IMG/VR virus record: IMGVR_UViG_3300020454_001183
Coordinates: 2,683-66,682 of that record
Strand: one strand, 5' to 3'
DNA from: a virus
DNA length: 64,000 nt
Part shown: piece by piece, positions 19,387-28,469 of the stretch
How the letters are laid out: every line of letters starts with the position of its first letter
Numbering within the stretch: position 1 is the stretch's first letter
Translations under genes and position numbers: made by a program
Notes under the pieces: generated by a model
Seen by the model: only the letters and a program-made list of their open reading frames with translations
The model's database searches: none
Told to the model about the DNA's origin: nothing

Positions 19387-20513
19387 TAAGTATTTAATTG
19401 TTTATGAAGTTCTTTAATCATTTTACCTTCGTTTGTAGATAATTCTTTTGCTCTTTCTAAAGAACGAAGTTCGTGGGTAAATCTAAATATATCATCATCC
19501 AACATTTTATCTAATAAATCGAAAAATTCTTTTTTCTTTGTAAAAAATAAACCATTTGGGTCTATCTCTCTATAACATAATGAGTCTTGGAATATCATCG
19601 GAGTACCATTCATCATACAATCAGTACCACTAACACTCCAACCATAGTTTGTTTGTCTCATCTGAACACCAACTTTACAATTTTGTAACCTTTCATAATA
19701 TTCGTGCTTTGGTACTTTTGTATTATCAATCCAATTTTCAGGTGATTTACCAGCTAATTGTGGCACCCAAACTACAAAATCCTCTCTTTGTTTTCTGTAC
19801 TCTCTCATTAACTTTATAAAAGCTGGATATCCTTTATAACCAGCTGCTCTATGATTGAATACAATAATATTTCTTTTTTCATCTGATGGTTTCTCAATTA
19901 TCTTAGATTTATCTACACCTAAATTCCAAACCTTTAGAATATTATCTAAATCAGAAACAACCTCTTTACTAAAGGTTTCACTAGCTTCTTCCAATACTCT
20001 GTTCTTTTGGTCTTGTGTATTAAGATAACAAGTATCCATTTGTGATACTCCTAATAATTCTATAGGTAACCACATCCATTTTGCTTTACCTGCTCTTCTA
20101 TCAACCCCATTAGCAGATTTCATTTCCCACCAATGACAGTATCCAATTATTTTTGTATCAATTTTATTTCTATATCTACCAACTTGAACCCAATCTGGTA
20201 AGTGTGAATAGATAACATCGTAATCAACATCCTTCATTATTTTAATTAAATCAGGTGGGAATGCTCTTTGATTCATCATATCACCTGAGAATGGTAGGAT
20301 GTGTTGTTTTACATTTTCTAAGTTTAGTTTCCTAACGGGTTTTGGTAAGATTACATTCCAATAGTATTCTCCCTCTCTATCGAGTGCGATAATGTGATTA
20401 TACAGAACATCTACGAAAGAATCCTTTTCAATGCTACCAGCATTGGTGATATTTGGTATCACCAACACCTTTCTAGCATCTTTGTAATCTATTTTAGTTT
20501 CCCAGAAACTCAT
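19386..20513 (-). CDS. GT-B glycosyltransferase, candidate DNA glycosyltransferase
   Basis: IVFNHR...YKG, YGWSVSGTD..MNGTP GT-B motifs; TAATG-coupled to PolB. The DNA substrate is inferred from context. Confidence 0.65.
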   Translation of the reverse strand: MSFWETKIDYKDARKVLVIPNITNAGSIEKDSFVDVLYNHIIALDREGEYYWNVILPKPVRKLNLENVKQHILPFSGDMMNQRAFPPDLIKIMKDVDYDVIYSHLPDWVQVGRYRNKIDTKIIGYCHWWEMKSANGVDRRAGKAKWMWLPIELLGVSQMDTCYLNTQDQKNRVLEEASETFSKEVVSDLDNILKVWNLGVDKSKIIEKPSDEKRNIIVFNHRAAGYKGYPAFIKLMREYRKQREDFVVWVPQLAGKSPENWIDNTKVPKHEYYERLQNCKVGVQMRQTNYGWSVSGTDCMMNGTPMIFQDSLCYREIDPNGLFFTKKKEFFDLLDKMLDDDIFRFTHELRSLERAKELSTNEGKMIKELHKQLNT

Positions 20514-22213
20514 TATCCAATAACCATTTCTTTAACATTTTTAATTTGAGATTCACTTAAAGTAATCGAACCTTTTAAAATGTACTTAGATAATCCATCG
20601 AAATCTTCATAGCCATATTTTTCACATAAGTACTCAACATCATTAATATCCATTCCACTTGATTTCATATCATTTGCAGATTTGGATAAAATCTGTCCAT
20701 TTTTAACATCGGTAGGTCCACCAAATGCGTATGGTAAAATATGGTCTACCGCATATTCGGTTTTATTTAAATCAACTCCTGTCTGTTTACATTTACCATC
20801 TTGTTCAGCCCATAAATAGTCAAATTGCTTTTGACTGAATGTTCTAGCATCATCTTTAGAATTTGTTTTCAAACCAAAAGTATTTGAACCTTTAGTAAGA
20901 AAATGATAATAGATGTATTGAAGGTCATCAACTCTCGCTCCCCCAGTAAATACTGATGGGAACATATGAGTTTCATGATACTTTACATTAGTTGGTTGTT
21001 CTGATTTTGGAAGAGGGACAACCTTACCATTATCTAATTTATAAAGTTGATGTGGATTGTGCTTTACCTTTGATTTCAAAAGTTCAGTATAAGCTTGTTT
21101 TAATTCTTTATAGAATTTTTTTGCATTTGGATTGTATTTACTAAATCCTCCTGCATTTTTAGCTGATTCTGCTATCAACATTATCAACTTTTTGATAGCT
21201 CCTTTACCCCATGTTCCGTTTCTTTTTTCGGATAATCTACCACATTTAATAACATCATTTAGTATAGTAAGTAGTTTATCCAAATCACTTGATAAAGAAT
21301 CATCTTCATTCTTTAATCGTTTGATAAGATTTTCATCACGATACATTTTATTCAATTCAGGTTGAGATTCCAAACCTATAAATCCATCGGTGAAAATACC
21401 ACCGTTATATAGATAGTAAAGAGCGAATGATATCATTTCATCAGTTGCTCTTCTAGTGATAGGAACTGAAACATTAGCTAATGTTTTACCTTTTGAATTT
21501 GTTAAAATTTCTTTAAATATACTGAGTGCATGTTTAGAATCAACTGCTCCTTTATTTCTACAAATATCAGCTACTATATTATCAATAGCGTTTCTTTTAT
21601 CAGCATGAGACATATCATGCAAATCATTCAACTTCAGAAATAAATCCTCAGCTTCTTTATCAGTAATACCTCTGTATTCATATATTTCAAATTTTAGATT
21701 CCAAATATATGTTTCTAAAAATGGATAGTTTACAATAATATCCTTAAATGTCATATTAGATAAATCAAAATGTTTACCATTTACATCGGTTAAAATAGTA
21801 CCCTCTGGTAATCTAACATATCCATTTAAGAATTTATATACTGTACGAGTTCTGTGTCCTCCATCAACAATTTCCCAAATTCCATCTTTTAATCTTAAAT
21901 GGACTGGTTGGAATGGATTATCCATAAGGATATCCCTCATCAAATTCTTTTGCCATTGGTTACCCTCTCCAAAGAGTAACATAGTACCATCAACATCTGG
22001 TCTTTGATACTTAGGTTTATCATTTACAGTTTTGTTACCAAATGATTGGTACATTTTAGTAAAAGTCCAATCATTATGATTTGGAGTAACTTTACTTTTC
22101 ATTGGTACAAACACATACTTTACTTCAGTATTTGTACTTTCATCCACTACTATAGTGGGATTTTTAATTGTTCGGCGAGTTTTACGATTTGCCGAAATCT
22201 CAATTGTGTTCAT
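20513..22213 (-). CDS. DUF262 (ParB-like NTPase) + HNH nuclease, GmrSD/SspE-like
   Basis: PKYQR, IVDGGHR (variant of DGQQR), LFLKLN (FxxxN), C-terminal VDHILP..GG....NGQIL....N. Confidence 0.8.
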   Translation of the reverse strand: MNTIEISANRKTRRTIKNPTIVVDESTNTEVKYVFVPMKSKVTPNHNDWTFTKMYQSFGNKTVNDKPKYQRPDVDGTMLLFGEGNQWQKNLMRDILMDNPFQPVHLRLKDGIWEIVDGGHRTRTVYKFLNGYVRLPEGTILTDVNGKHFDLSNMTFKDIIVNYPFLETYIWNLKFEIYEYRGITDKEAEDLFLKLNDLHDMSHADKRNAIDNIVADICRNKGAVDSKHALSIFKEILTNSKGKTLANVSVPITRRATDEMISFALYYLYNGGIFTDGFIGLESQPELNKMYRDENLIKRLKNEDDSLSSDLDKLLTILNDVIKCGRLSEKRNGTWGKGAIKKLIMLIAESAKNAGGFSKYNPNAKKFYKELKQAYTELLKSKVKHNPHQLYKLDNGKVVPLPKSEQPTNVKYHETHMFPSVFTGGARVDDLQYIYYHFLTKGSNTFGLKTNSKDDARTFSQKQFDYLWAEQDGKCKQTGVDLNKTEYAVDHILPYAFGGPTDVKNGQILSKSANDMKSSGMDINDVEYLCEKYGYEDFDGLSKYILKGSITLSESQIKNVKEMVIG

Positions 22214-22291
22214 ATAAATTTATTTATGCCCGTTAATTATTTTATAGTATCAGAACTTGGGCTAGTTCTTCAACCTTTTTTAAATCTACTA

Positions 22292-22323
22292 CTAATATAC
22301 GAAAAATATTTGAAACTACCAAA
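22292..22323 (-). promoter_or_regulatory. Bacteroidota-type -33/-7 promoter
   Basis: TTTG-N20-TATATTAG; positioned to drive DUF262-HNH, GT and PolB. Confidence 0.8.
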
Positions 22324-23370
22324 TTATTTTGTAATAATATTTCCAAATGTATCTCGTAACCAATCATTAAAGTTTTTTCCGAATGCATCAGTAACTTTAT
22401 ATTTCACTAATACTTTCATAATATTTAACTTATTGACTGGATTTATTTCTTCATCGTATCTACCCAAAATACTCATCTTAATGTTACCACTAATGTCTGG
22501 GTCATCTAATTGCATTAGTTCTCTATTCATTAAGATTTGTTCTTTAGATTTTAGTATATCATCATAAATTTTAATCTTTCCTTTCTTTTCTTCAGCTAAG
22601 CTGAGTAAATCATCTACCGAAAGTTTTTTATTTTCGGTGATTTCAGGAAATCTTTTAACTAATGTTTTTATACCACATCCATGAACTCCTGGTATATTAT
22701 CTGATTTATCTCCATCTAAAACTCTGTATAGAAGTAGATTCTTAGATTCAATACCATACTCTTCTTTTACTAACTCTTTATTATAAAGTTTCTTTTTGGT
22801 AGGAGACCAAACGATGGTCGTATCATCTACTAATTGTAGGAAATCCTTATCAGTAGACATGACCACCGCTTGTTCGTTCTCTTTTAATAATTGTGTACTG
22901 ATGTATGCCATGACATCATCAGCTTCACAACCATCATAAATCATCGTTGTCATAGGTAGGTAATTCATAATGTCAGCCAACCAAACAAATTGTCTTTTCA
23001 TGCTTTCTCTTTCATCCTCTTCGTTCATTAAATCAGCGTATTGTCTATTGACTCTTAACTTATTCTTTGAACGCTCAGATTTATACCCACTAAAACGCTT
23101 CTTTCTTTTTTGAGAACCTCCCTTACCATCAAAAACTACAATGACTCTCGTCGGTTGAGTATTTCTAATTGCGTAACCTATTGATTTCAGAACACCAGTT
23201 ACACCACCGACATGGTCACCATCATCATTCATTGTAGGAATGGATGACCAACATCTGATAAATGTATTTAAACCATCGATAATTAGAACTCGGTCATTTC
23301 GTTTCCTATCGATATTTTGGTCGTGTGCTCTCTCAACCGAATTGAGAATATCTTTGTAGAGTTTCTTCAT
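22324..23370 (-). CDS. 5'-3' exonuclease / flap endonuclease (T4 RNase H-like)
   Basis: IIDGLN, VFDG, YK..R, EADD, STDKDFLQL, GDKSDNIPG. Start placed at the second Met (MKKLYKD, 23370) to avoid overlap. Confidence 0.92.
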   Translation of the reverse strand: MKKLYKDILNSVERAHDQNIDRKRNDRVLIIDGLNTFIRCWSSIPTMNDDGDHVGGVTGVLKSIGYAIRNTQPTRVIVVFDGKGGSQKRKKRFSGYKSERSKNKLRVNRQYADLMNEEDERESMKRQFVWLADIMNYLPMTTMIYDGCEADDVMAYISTQLLKENEQAVVMSTDKDFLQLVDDTTIVWSPTKKKLYNKELVKEEYGIESKNLLLYRVLDGDKSDNIPGVHGCGIKTLVKRFPEITENKKLSVDDLLSLAEEKKGKIKIYDDILKSKEQILMNRELMQLDDPDISGNIKMSILGRYDEEINPVNKLNIMKVLVKYKVTDAFGKNFNDWLRDTFGNIITK

Positions 23371-23371
23371 A

Positions 23372-23632
23372 CTAAGTAGTTGTAGTTGTATAGGTTGGAC
23401 CTTCATTTAAAGTATCTTTACCACTAAAGTACTTTTCTAAAGTTTCTAACCTCTCATCAGCAGATGCTAATAATTTTAAAGATTCCGTTGCGTTATCCCA
23501 AAAATCCTTTGTGGAGTGGTCTCCAATTCCAGCAGGGAAACTACCAAGTAGTTCTAACGATAATAGAGCTTTATTCTTATCAGCTATTGCTTCTGATTTT
23601 AACATTTCATAAATTTTCTTATCTATTTTCAT
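23372..23632 (-). CDS. Conserved phage hypothetical protein
   Basis: 86-aa helical protein with a GIGDH motif like small T4-like phage proteins. Confidence 0.65.
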   Translation of the reverse strand: MKIDKKIYEMLKSEAIADKNKALLSLELLGSFPAGIGDHSTKDFWDNATESLKLLASADERLETLEKYFSGKDTLNEGPTYTTTTT

Positions 23633-23647
23633 AATTATTTTTAAAAT

Positions 23648-24766
23648 TTAATCATTTTCTCCAGCCAACTCAGTATCAATTTCCATAGCTTCGATATCTA
23701 AAGTATCTGATTTGTATTGTAAGATAGTTGATTCACAAATCTTTTTGTAAATCTGTTCTCTTACATCAACTCTATCATCCATTAATAAGATAAAATCTTT
23801 TGATTGGAATTTGAGTTCTTCACCAGTTTCAGTATCAACATATGTGTACCAAGCGCCAGCTTGTTTTACCAATTTGTTATCTTTCATAACTCGTAACCAA
23901 GAACCATAGTTATCTATACCCCTATCGAAGTAGATTTCAAAATCTGCTGCTCTTAGTGGTGGTCCCATTCTATTCTTAATTACTTGGCATCTCACTTTCA
24001 TACCCACAACCTTATCCAATCCATTCACTTTCATTTTGATTTGCCCCATACCTTTCAATCTCAGTCTAACTGAAGAGTGGAAAGCAAGTGCTTTACCACC
24101 TGAAGTAGTCCAAGGGTCACCAAACATAGCGTTCATTTTTTGTCTAAGTTGATTTGTAAATACTAATGAGATTTTCTGTCTACCAATCATATTGGTAATC
24201 TTTCTCATCGCCTTAGAAATAATAATAGCTTTATCGGTAGCATATCCATCTTTATTGTAATCAGCTGCTAACTCATTCTTAGTTGAAGCTGCTGCTACTG
24301 AATCTACTACGATTGTAACTAATTTATCTCTTGAGGTTTGTCTAACCTTTTCAATGATAGTTTCTGTAAAATCAAAGATTTGTTCTACAGAGTCTGCCGA
24401 TACATAAAGAAGTTTAGAAACATCAACACCGATAGCTTCTAAAAATTCTCTACTTACTGCAGTTTCAGTATCTATTAATACAGCCACACCACCTTGCTTT
24501 TGTGTTTCAGCAAGTAAGTGAGCAGATACTAATGATTTACCACTCTGTTCCAAACCAGTAATTTCTGTGATTCTACCAACAGGTAATCCACCATACGGGC
24601 GATTAGAAATTGCTACATCCAACATAGCACATCCAGTCGAAATCCAACCTTCAACATTTGTTGGGGCTTCATCCGAATCTAAGAAGAATGCTACTTTCTG
24701 GTCTTTTGCTGTTTTATTCAGCTCGCCAGCTAGGATATCTGCTAAATCTAAATCTTTCTTTGCCAT
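23648..24766 (-). CDS. uvsX: RecA/UvsX recombinase
   Basis: ISTG...LD, GLEQSGKS, IDTE, VVDSVAA, NQLR, SGGKALAF, KNR. Confidence 0.95.
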   Translation of the reverse strand: MAKKDLDLADILAGELNKTAKDQKVAFFLDSDEAPTNVEGWISTGCAMLDVAISNRPYGGLPVGRITEITGLEQSGKSLVSAHLLAETQKQGGVAVLIDTETAVSREFLEAIGVDVSKLLYVSADSVEQIFDFTETIIEKVRQTSRDKLVTIVVDSVAAASTKNELAADYNKDGYATDKAIIISKAMRKITNMIGRQKISLVFTNQLRQKMNAMFGDPWTTSGGKALAFHSSVRLRLKGMGQIKMKVNGLDKVVGMKVRCQVIKNRMGPPLRAADFEIYFDRGIDNYGSWLRVMKDNKLVKQAGAWYTYVDTETGEELKFQSKDFILLMDDRVDVREQIYKKICESTILQYKSDTLDIEAMEIDTELAGEND

Positions 24767-24778
24767 ATAGGGGTTTTA

Positions 24779-25609
24779 TTAGTTGTTAAACAAATCATCA
24801 AATGCCGCTGCAACATCATCTGTTTTCTTAGTTGCTTTTGGCTTATCTTCATCTACATCAAAAGGTAAATCATTAGGTTTTTCTTCTGATTTAACTTCTT
24901 TCTTAGATAATGTTTCTTCTGCTACAGAAGGTTCACCATCTTCATTTTTTTCTGAAGTAGGATTTAACCATCCTTCTAACACTCCTTTTAATTCATCATA
25001 AGATAATTCAGAATAAAGGTCTGTGATTTCAGTTTGGCCTTCTAAGAACTTAGTAACATCATCTGCAGTTTCAGATAATGGTGTCTGATTTGGTTTAACT
25101 CTAATAGTTGTAACAGGATATGAAGTTCCTGCTTCTTCAGCGGATTGATACTCTATTGTAATATCTCTACCACTCTTCGGGTCTGTAATATCACCATAAT
25201 CTGGGTCAGCTATGTAACCTAAGATTTCTTGATATACAGTCTTACCAAATCCCCAAAATTTAACTCCTTCACCTTCTTGTCCTCTCACTAAGATAGGAAC
25301 GAAAGTTCTAAGTTTCGGCTCCATCTGCTTTGCAGCTTTCCAATCTTCCTTATCACCCATTCTTTTTAATCTATCAGCGAACTCAACTATAGGGTCAGGT
25401 CTACCAAATGATTGTGGTGAGAGATAAGTTTTATTGTTAATGTTGTAGTGAAAATACAATTCGATGAAAGGATTATCTTTGTCGAATTTGTAAGGAACGA
25501 TTCTGACTTGATGTTTACCAGGTGTTGGTTTCCATAAATTGTCAGACTTCTTTTGTGTGTTTTGTAGTTTGTTCAGTCTACCTCTGATTGCGTCAATATT
25601 AATTGCCAT
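24779..25609 (-). CDS. Single-stranded DNA-binding protein (T4 gp32-like)
   Basis: WKP...VRIVP, WGFGKTVY, DITDP..GRD, acidic tail ending AFDDLFNN. Confidence 0.85.
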   Translation of the reverse strand: MAINIDAIRGRLNKLQNTQKKSDNLWKPTPGKHQVRIVPYKFDKDNPFIELYFHYNINNKTYLSPQSFGRPDPIVEFADRLKRMGDKEDWKAAKQMEPKLRTFVPILVRGQEGEGVKFWGFGKTVYQEILGYIADPDYGDITDPKSGRDITIEYQSAEEAGTSYPVTTIRVKPNQTPLSETADDVTKFLEGQTEITDLYSELSYDELKGVLEGWLNPTSEKNEDGEPSVAEETLSKKEVKSEEKPNDLPFDVDEDKPKATKKTDDVAAAFDDLFNN

Positions 25610-25685
25610 AATTTACTCCTTTAAGTTATTAAAATTTAAGTTTTATAGTTTAGTTTAACATGCGTTTCTTACATGCGGTGTTATA

Positions 25686-25695
25686 TATAAATATA
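25686..25695 (-). promoter_or_regulatory. Class II promoter element TATATTTATA
   Basis: Intergenic, upstream of the SSB gene. Confidence 0.55.
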
Positions 25696-25718
25696 GTGTT
25701 TTTACAAAAACATAACAT

Positions 25719-26066
25719 TTATTTTGCCCATTTATTTCTGGACACAATTTGTGATATCACACCATAAACAGACAGGTCTTGATAGGTATCTTCTATTGCT
25801 TCACCTACCTCATCTGGCTGTCCTTTTACCACTAATTGTAATAATCTTTGAATCTTGTCATTCTTTCTGAACCAAAGTCCAGTAAGTGCTATATTTCTAT
25901 CTTCATCAGTTTCCAAACTTGAACCTACTGATATATTACCAGGTCCATAGTTTCTCTGTTTCTTACAGAAAGTTTCATACATTTCATCAAGGATTTCTTT
26001 AAATTCGGTTGTAGTTTGTGGGAACTTTTCCTCACAATACTGGATTGCAGTTTGTTCTTTTGCCAT
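25719..26066 (-). CDS. DUF1599 / nucleotide-modification-associated domain protein (MazG-like all-alpha)
   Basis: F.KK..NYG..N, R.NDK..RL, E.IEDT..DL..Y. Confidence 0.75.
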   Translation of the reverse strand: MAKEQTAIQYCEEKFPQTTTEFKEILDEMYETFCKKQRNYGPGNISVGSSLETDEDRNIALTGLWFRKNDKIQRLLQLVVKGQPDEVGEAIEDTYQDLSVYGVISQIVSRNKWAK

Positions 26067-26086
26067 AACTTTTTAAAATATTTGTA

Positions 26087-26118
26087 CTAATATACGAAAA
26101 AGATTTCATATATCCAAG
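26087..26118 (-). promoter_or_regulatory. Bacteroidota-type -33/-7 promoter
   Basis: CTTG-N20-TATATTAG. Confidence 0.78.
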
Positions 26119-26135
26119 GAAAAATTAAATTATTT

Positions 26136-26531
26136 TTAAGAAAATTTAATTACATCAAATACTCTCGTATTTATTTTTTTTGTTCCTTCAACATTGGTTA
26201 CTATAATTGAGTTTTTAAATTTATCCCAATCTATGGAAAATGATTTATCCAATACACCATTGTTTTCTTCTTTTACTAATTCATTAAGAGCGTTTATAGT
26301 GTATAGAGTATTAGATTGTTTTTTTCTATGTACCAATATTGTATCGCTTAATGGTTTTTCTGGCTTAAATGCCGTATCTATATTATAAGTTACAAACAAT
26401 TCATCTAAATCAGACTTATTCTGAAGAACATAAATATAGTTATAAACTATATGATATGTTTCTCTTATCTGTTGTAGAGTTGTTTGTAATTTTTCTTTTG
26501 TTGTGAATGTGCACAATAATTGTGTTTTCAT
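26136..26531 (-). CDS. Hypothetical protein
   Basis: 131 aa with LLCTF and HRKK..NTLYTINALN; preceded by a class II motif at 26561-26570. Confidence 0.7.
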   Translation of the reverse strand: MKTQLLCTFTTKEKLQTTLQQIRETYHIVYNYIYVLQNKSDLDELFVTYNIDTAFKPEKPLSDTILVHRKKQSNTLYTINALNELVKEENNGVLDKSFSIDWDKFKNSIIVTNVEGTKKINTRVFDVIKFS

Positions 26532-26583
26532 CTAATCTCTCTAACTTATATTTATTCATCTATAAATATAGAATTTGAAAAGA

Positions 26584-28455
26584 TTAATCAGATTCTATCT
26601 CTTCGATATCCTTTTTGAACCTTTCTAAAGATTTTTCATCCCACTCATCAGTATTAAATGTTCCCATCTTCAAAGCGTGTGCCATAAATGGTGTCTGCAA
26701 CATTTCCATAGTAGGTGAAGCACCTATACCTCTAGCTCTACCTTGTAATTTAAATAAAGGAAACTTTTTATTTGATTCATGTCTGAATAAAATTTCACCT
26801 GATTCGTAATCGATTTCAATTGAATCTGAAATAAATTGTTCTAACTCAGAATATTCTTTGTTACCATCTCTTACTTCTTGTATCTGTTCTTGTAACATAG
26901 ATTGGAAATTAGAACCAAACAAACTTACTAATGTTTGTTCATTCAATACAGCTCCATCTGGCTCTATACCATACATTGTTTGGAATCCATCTACACCACC
27001 CTCTTTTACTCTTTGATTTAATCCTAATGTTTCGGATATGTGCATTGATTTAATAATATGTTTATTCATACCATTTTTTGCTTCTGTATCACTATTCAAT
27101 ACATCAAATGTTCTTTGTGTTAGTGCCCCTTCAGATTTTCTCAGATGGTCATATTCTTCTTTATGATAAGATTGTGTTAGTTTAGCTACTACCTTTTGGT
27201 CATACTTACTCATAGTACCATTAATCATTCTTTCATATAATGCTTTTGGATTTTCTAAAATTCTGAAATAAGTTGGTTGATTAGAACCTCCGAAATATTT
27301 CTTTATCATTACCTCATCATTTTTAAGTTTTTCAAAATCCTCTCTAATAACATCTTCAGTAATAGTACCTCCAACAAATTTAAATCTTTCAGTTAAATCA
27401 TCATCATATGCTTTAATTGACATTGCTTCAGATAATCTTGTATGTGATTCTTCACCCATTTGTTCCTTCAAATCACCTAATAGTATTTTTGATTGTTTAG
27501 CCCAACCACCATTATTTAAGAATACATTTCCATCTTTTTTCAAAGATAATCCTAAGTTTTTACCATCTTTTGTTCTTACAAACATATCAGATGAAGTTTC
27601 TAAGTTAGGGTCTACTCCTATCGCCATTCTACCAGCATCAGTATCCCATGCAACAGTTTCGATATTTTCTGTACCAATTGTTTCTTCAATCTTTTTAATT
27701 GATGACATTGTTGCTCCTACCCACTTTTTACCTGTTTTAGAATTTAATATATGGTCATCTGAATTTACTAATTTATTAAACTCAGCTTCAATTTCATCTA
27801 ACGATTTACCTTCTTGTATTAACCTTAAACCTTTATGAACCATAGCTTCACCAGCTCTTGATTCTGCAGTACCAGCCCCTACATTTTGTATTTCACCAGC
27901 TTTTGTTCTTTTAGCTTGAGCTTTAGCTTCTGTTTTAGTTATCATAAGAGACTTATCAGCTGAATTGTGGTCTATTTTGGTTTTTTCTTCTTTAGGTAAT
28001 CCTTCAAACCTTTTTAACTTTTCATCTCTAGTTTCTTTTGTTTTATCTACTTCTTTTTCCTTTTTCTTATCCTTAGTATAATCAAAATCTTTAGATGTTA
28101 ATTTTGTTGTATCTTTTTCAGGTTCTTCTTTACTATCCTTATCAACTTTTACTAACTTACCATCAACATTTTTGTGAGTTATACCTTTACCATCATCTTT
28201 TCCATATCCCTTACCCAACCATTTGAGACCCATTTTTTCTGCTTTTTCTTTTTCTCTAGCATCTAATGGTTTTTCATCTTCTTCTTTTAATAGATTTTTG
28301 ATTAGTTCAAATTTAACATCAGTCAGTCCCCAATCAGTAAGTATCTCACTTAATAATGTGATATGTTCGGGTTTACTGAGATTAGGATATCCTTCTTTTG
28401 AACGATATGATAATTCGTTAAGTATATCTTCGAAAAATTGATTACTATCTGCCAT
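26584..28455 (-). CDS. Large hypothetical protein with a possible PD-(D/E)XK-type nuclease core
   Basis: Start reassigned to the ATG at 28455 (MADSNQ), just after a class II motif at 28459-28467. Charged linker, then SRAGE...TSSDM...GLSLK resembling an E...D...SxK restriction-fold motif. Confidence 0.55.
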   Translation of the reverse strand: MADSNQFFEDILNELSYRSKEGYPNLSKPEHITLLSEILTDWGLTDVKFELIKNLLKEEDEKPLDAREKEKAEKMGLKWLGKGYGKDDGKGITHKNVDGKLVKVDKDSKEEPEKDTTKLTSKDFDYTKDKKKEKEVDKTKETRDEKLKRFEGLPKEEKTKIDHNSADKSLMITKTEAKAQAKRTKAGEIQNVGAGTAESRAGEAMVHKGLRLIQEGKSLDEIEAEFNKLVNSDDHILNSKTGKKWVGATMSSIKKIEETIGTENIETVAWDTDAGRMAIGVDPNLETSSDMFVRTKDGKNLGLSLKKDGNVFLNNGGWAKQSKILLGDLKEQMGEESHTRLSEAMSIKAYDDDLTERFKFVGGTITEDVIREDFEKLKNDEVMIKKYFGGSNQPTYFRILENPKALYERMINGTMSKYDQKVVAKLTQSYHKEEYDHLRKSEGALTQRTFDVLNSDTEAKNGMNKHIIKSMHISETLGLNQRVKEGGVDGFQTMYGIEPDGAVLNEQTLVSLFGSNFQSMLQEQIQEVRDGNKEYSELEQFISDSIEIDYESGEILFRHESNKKFPLFKLQGRARGIGASPTMEMLQTPFMAHALKMGTFNTDEWDEKSLERFKKDIEEIESD

Positions 28456-28469
28456 ACTTATAAGTATCT

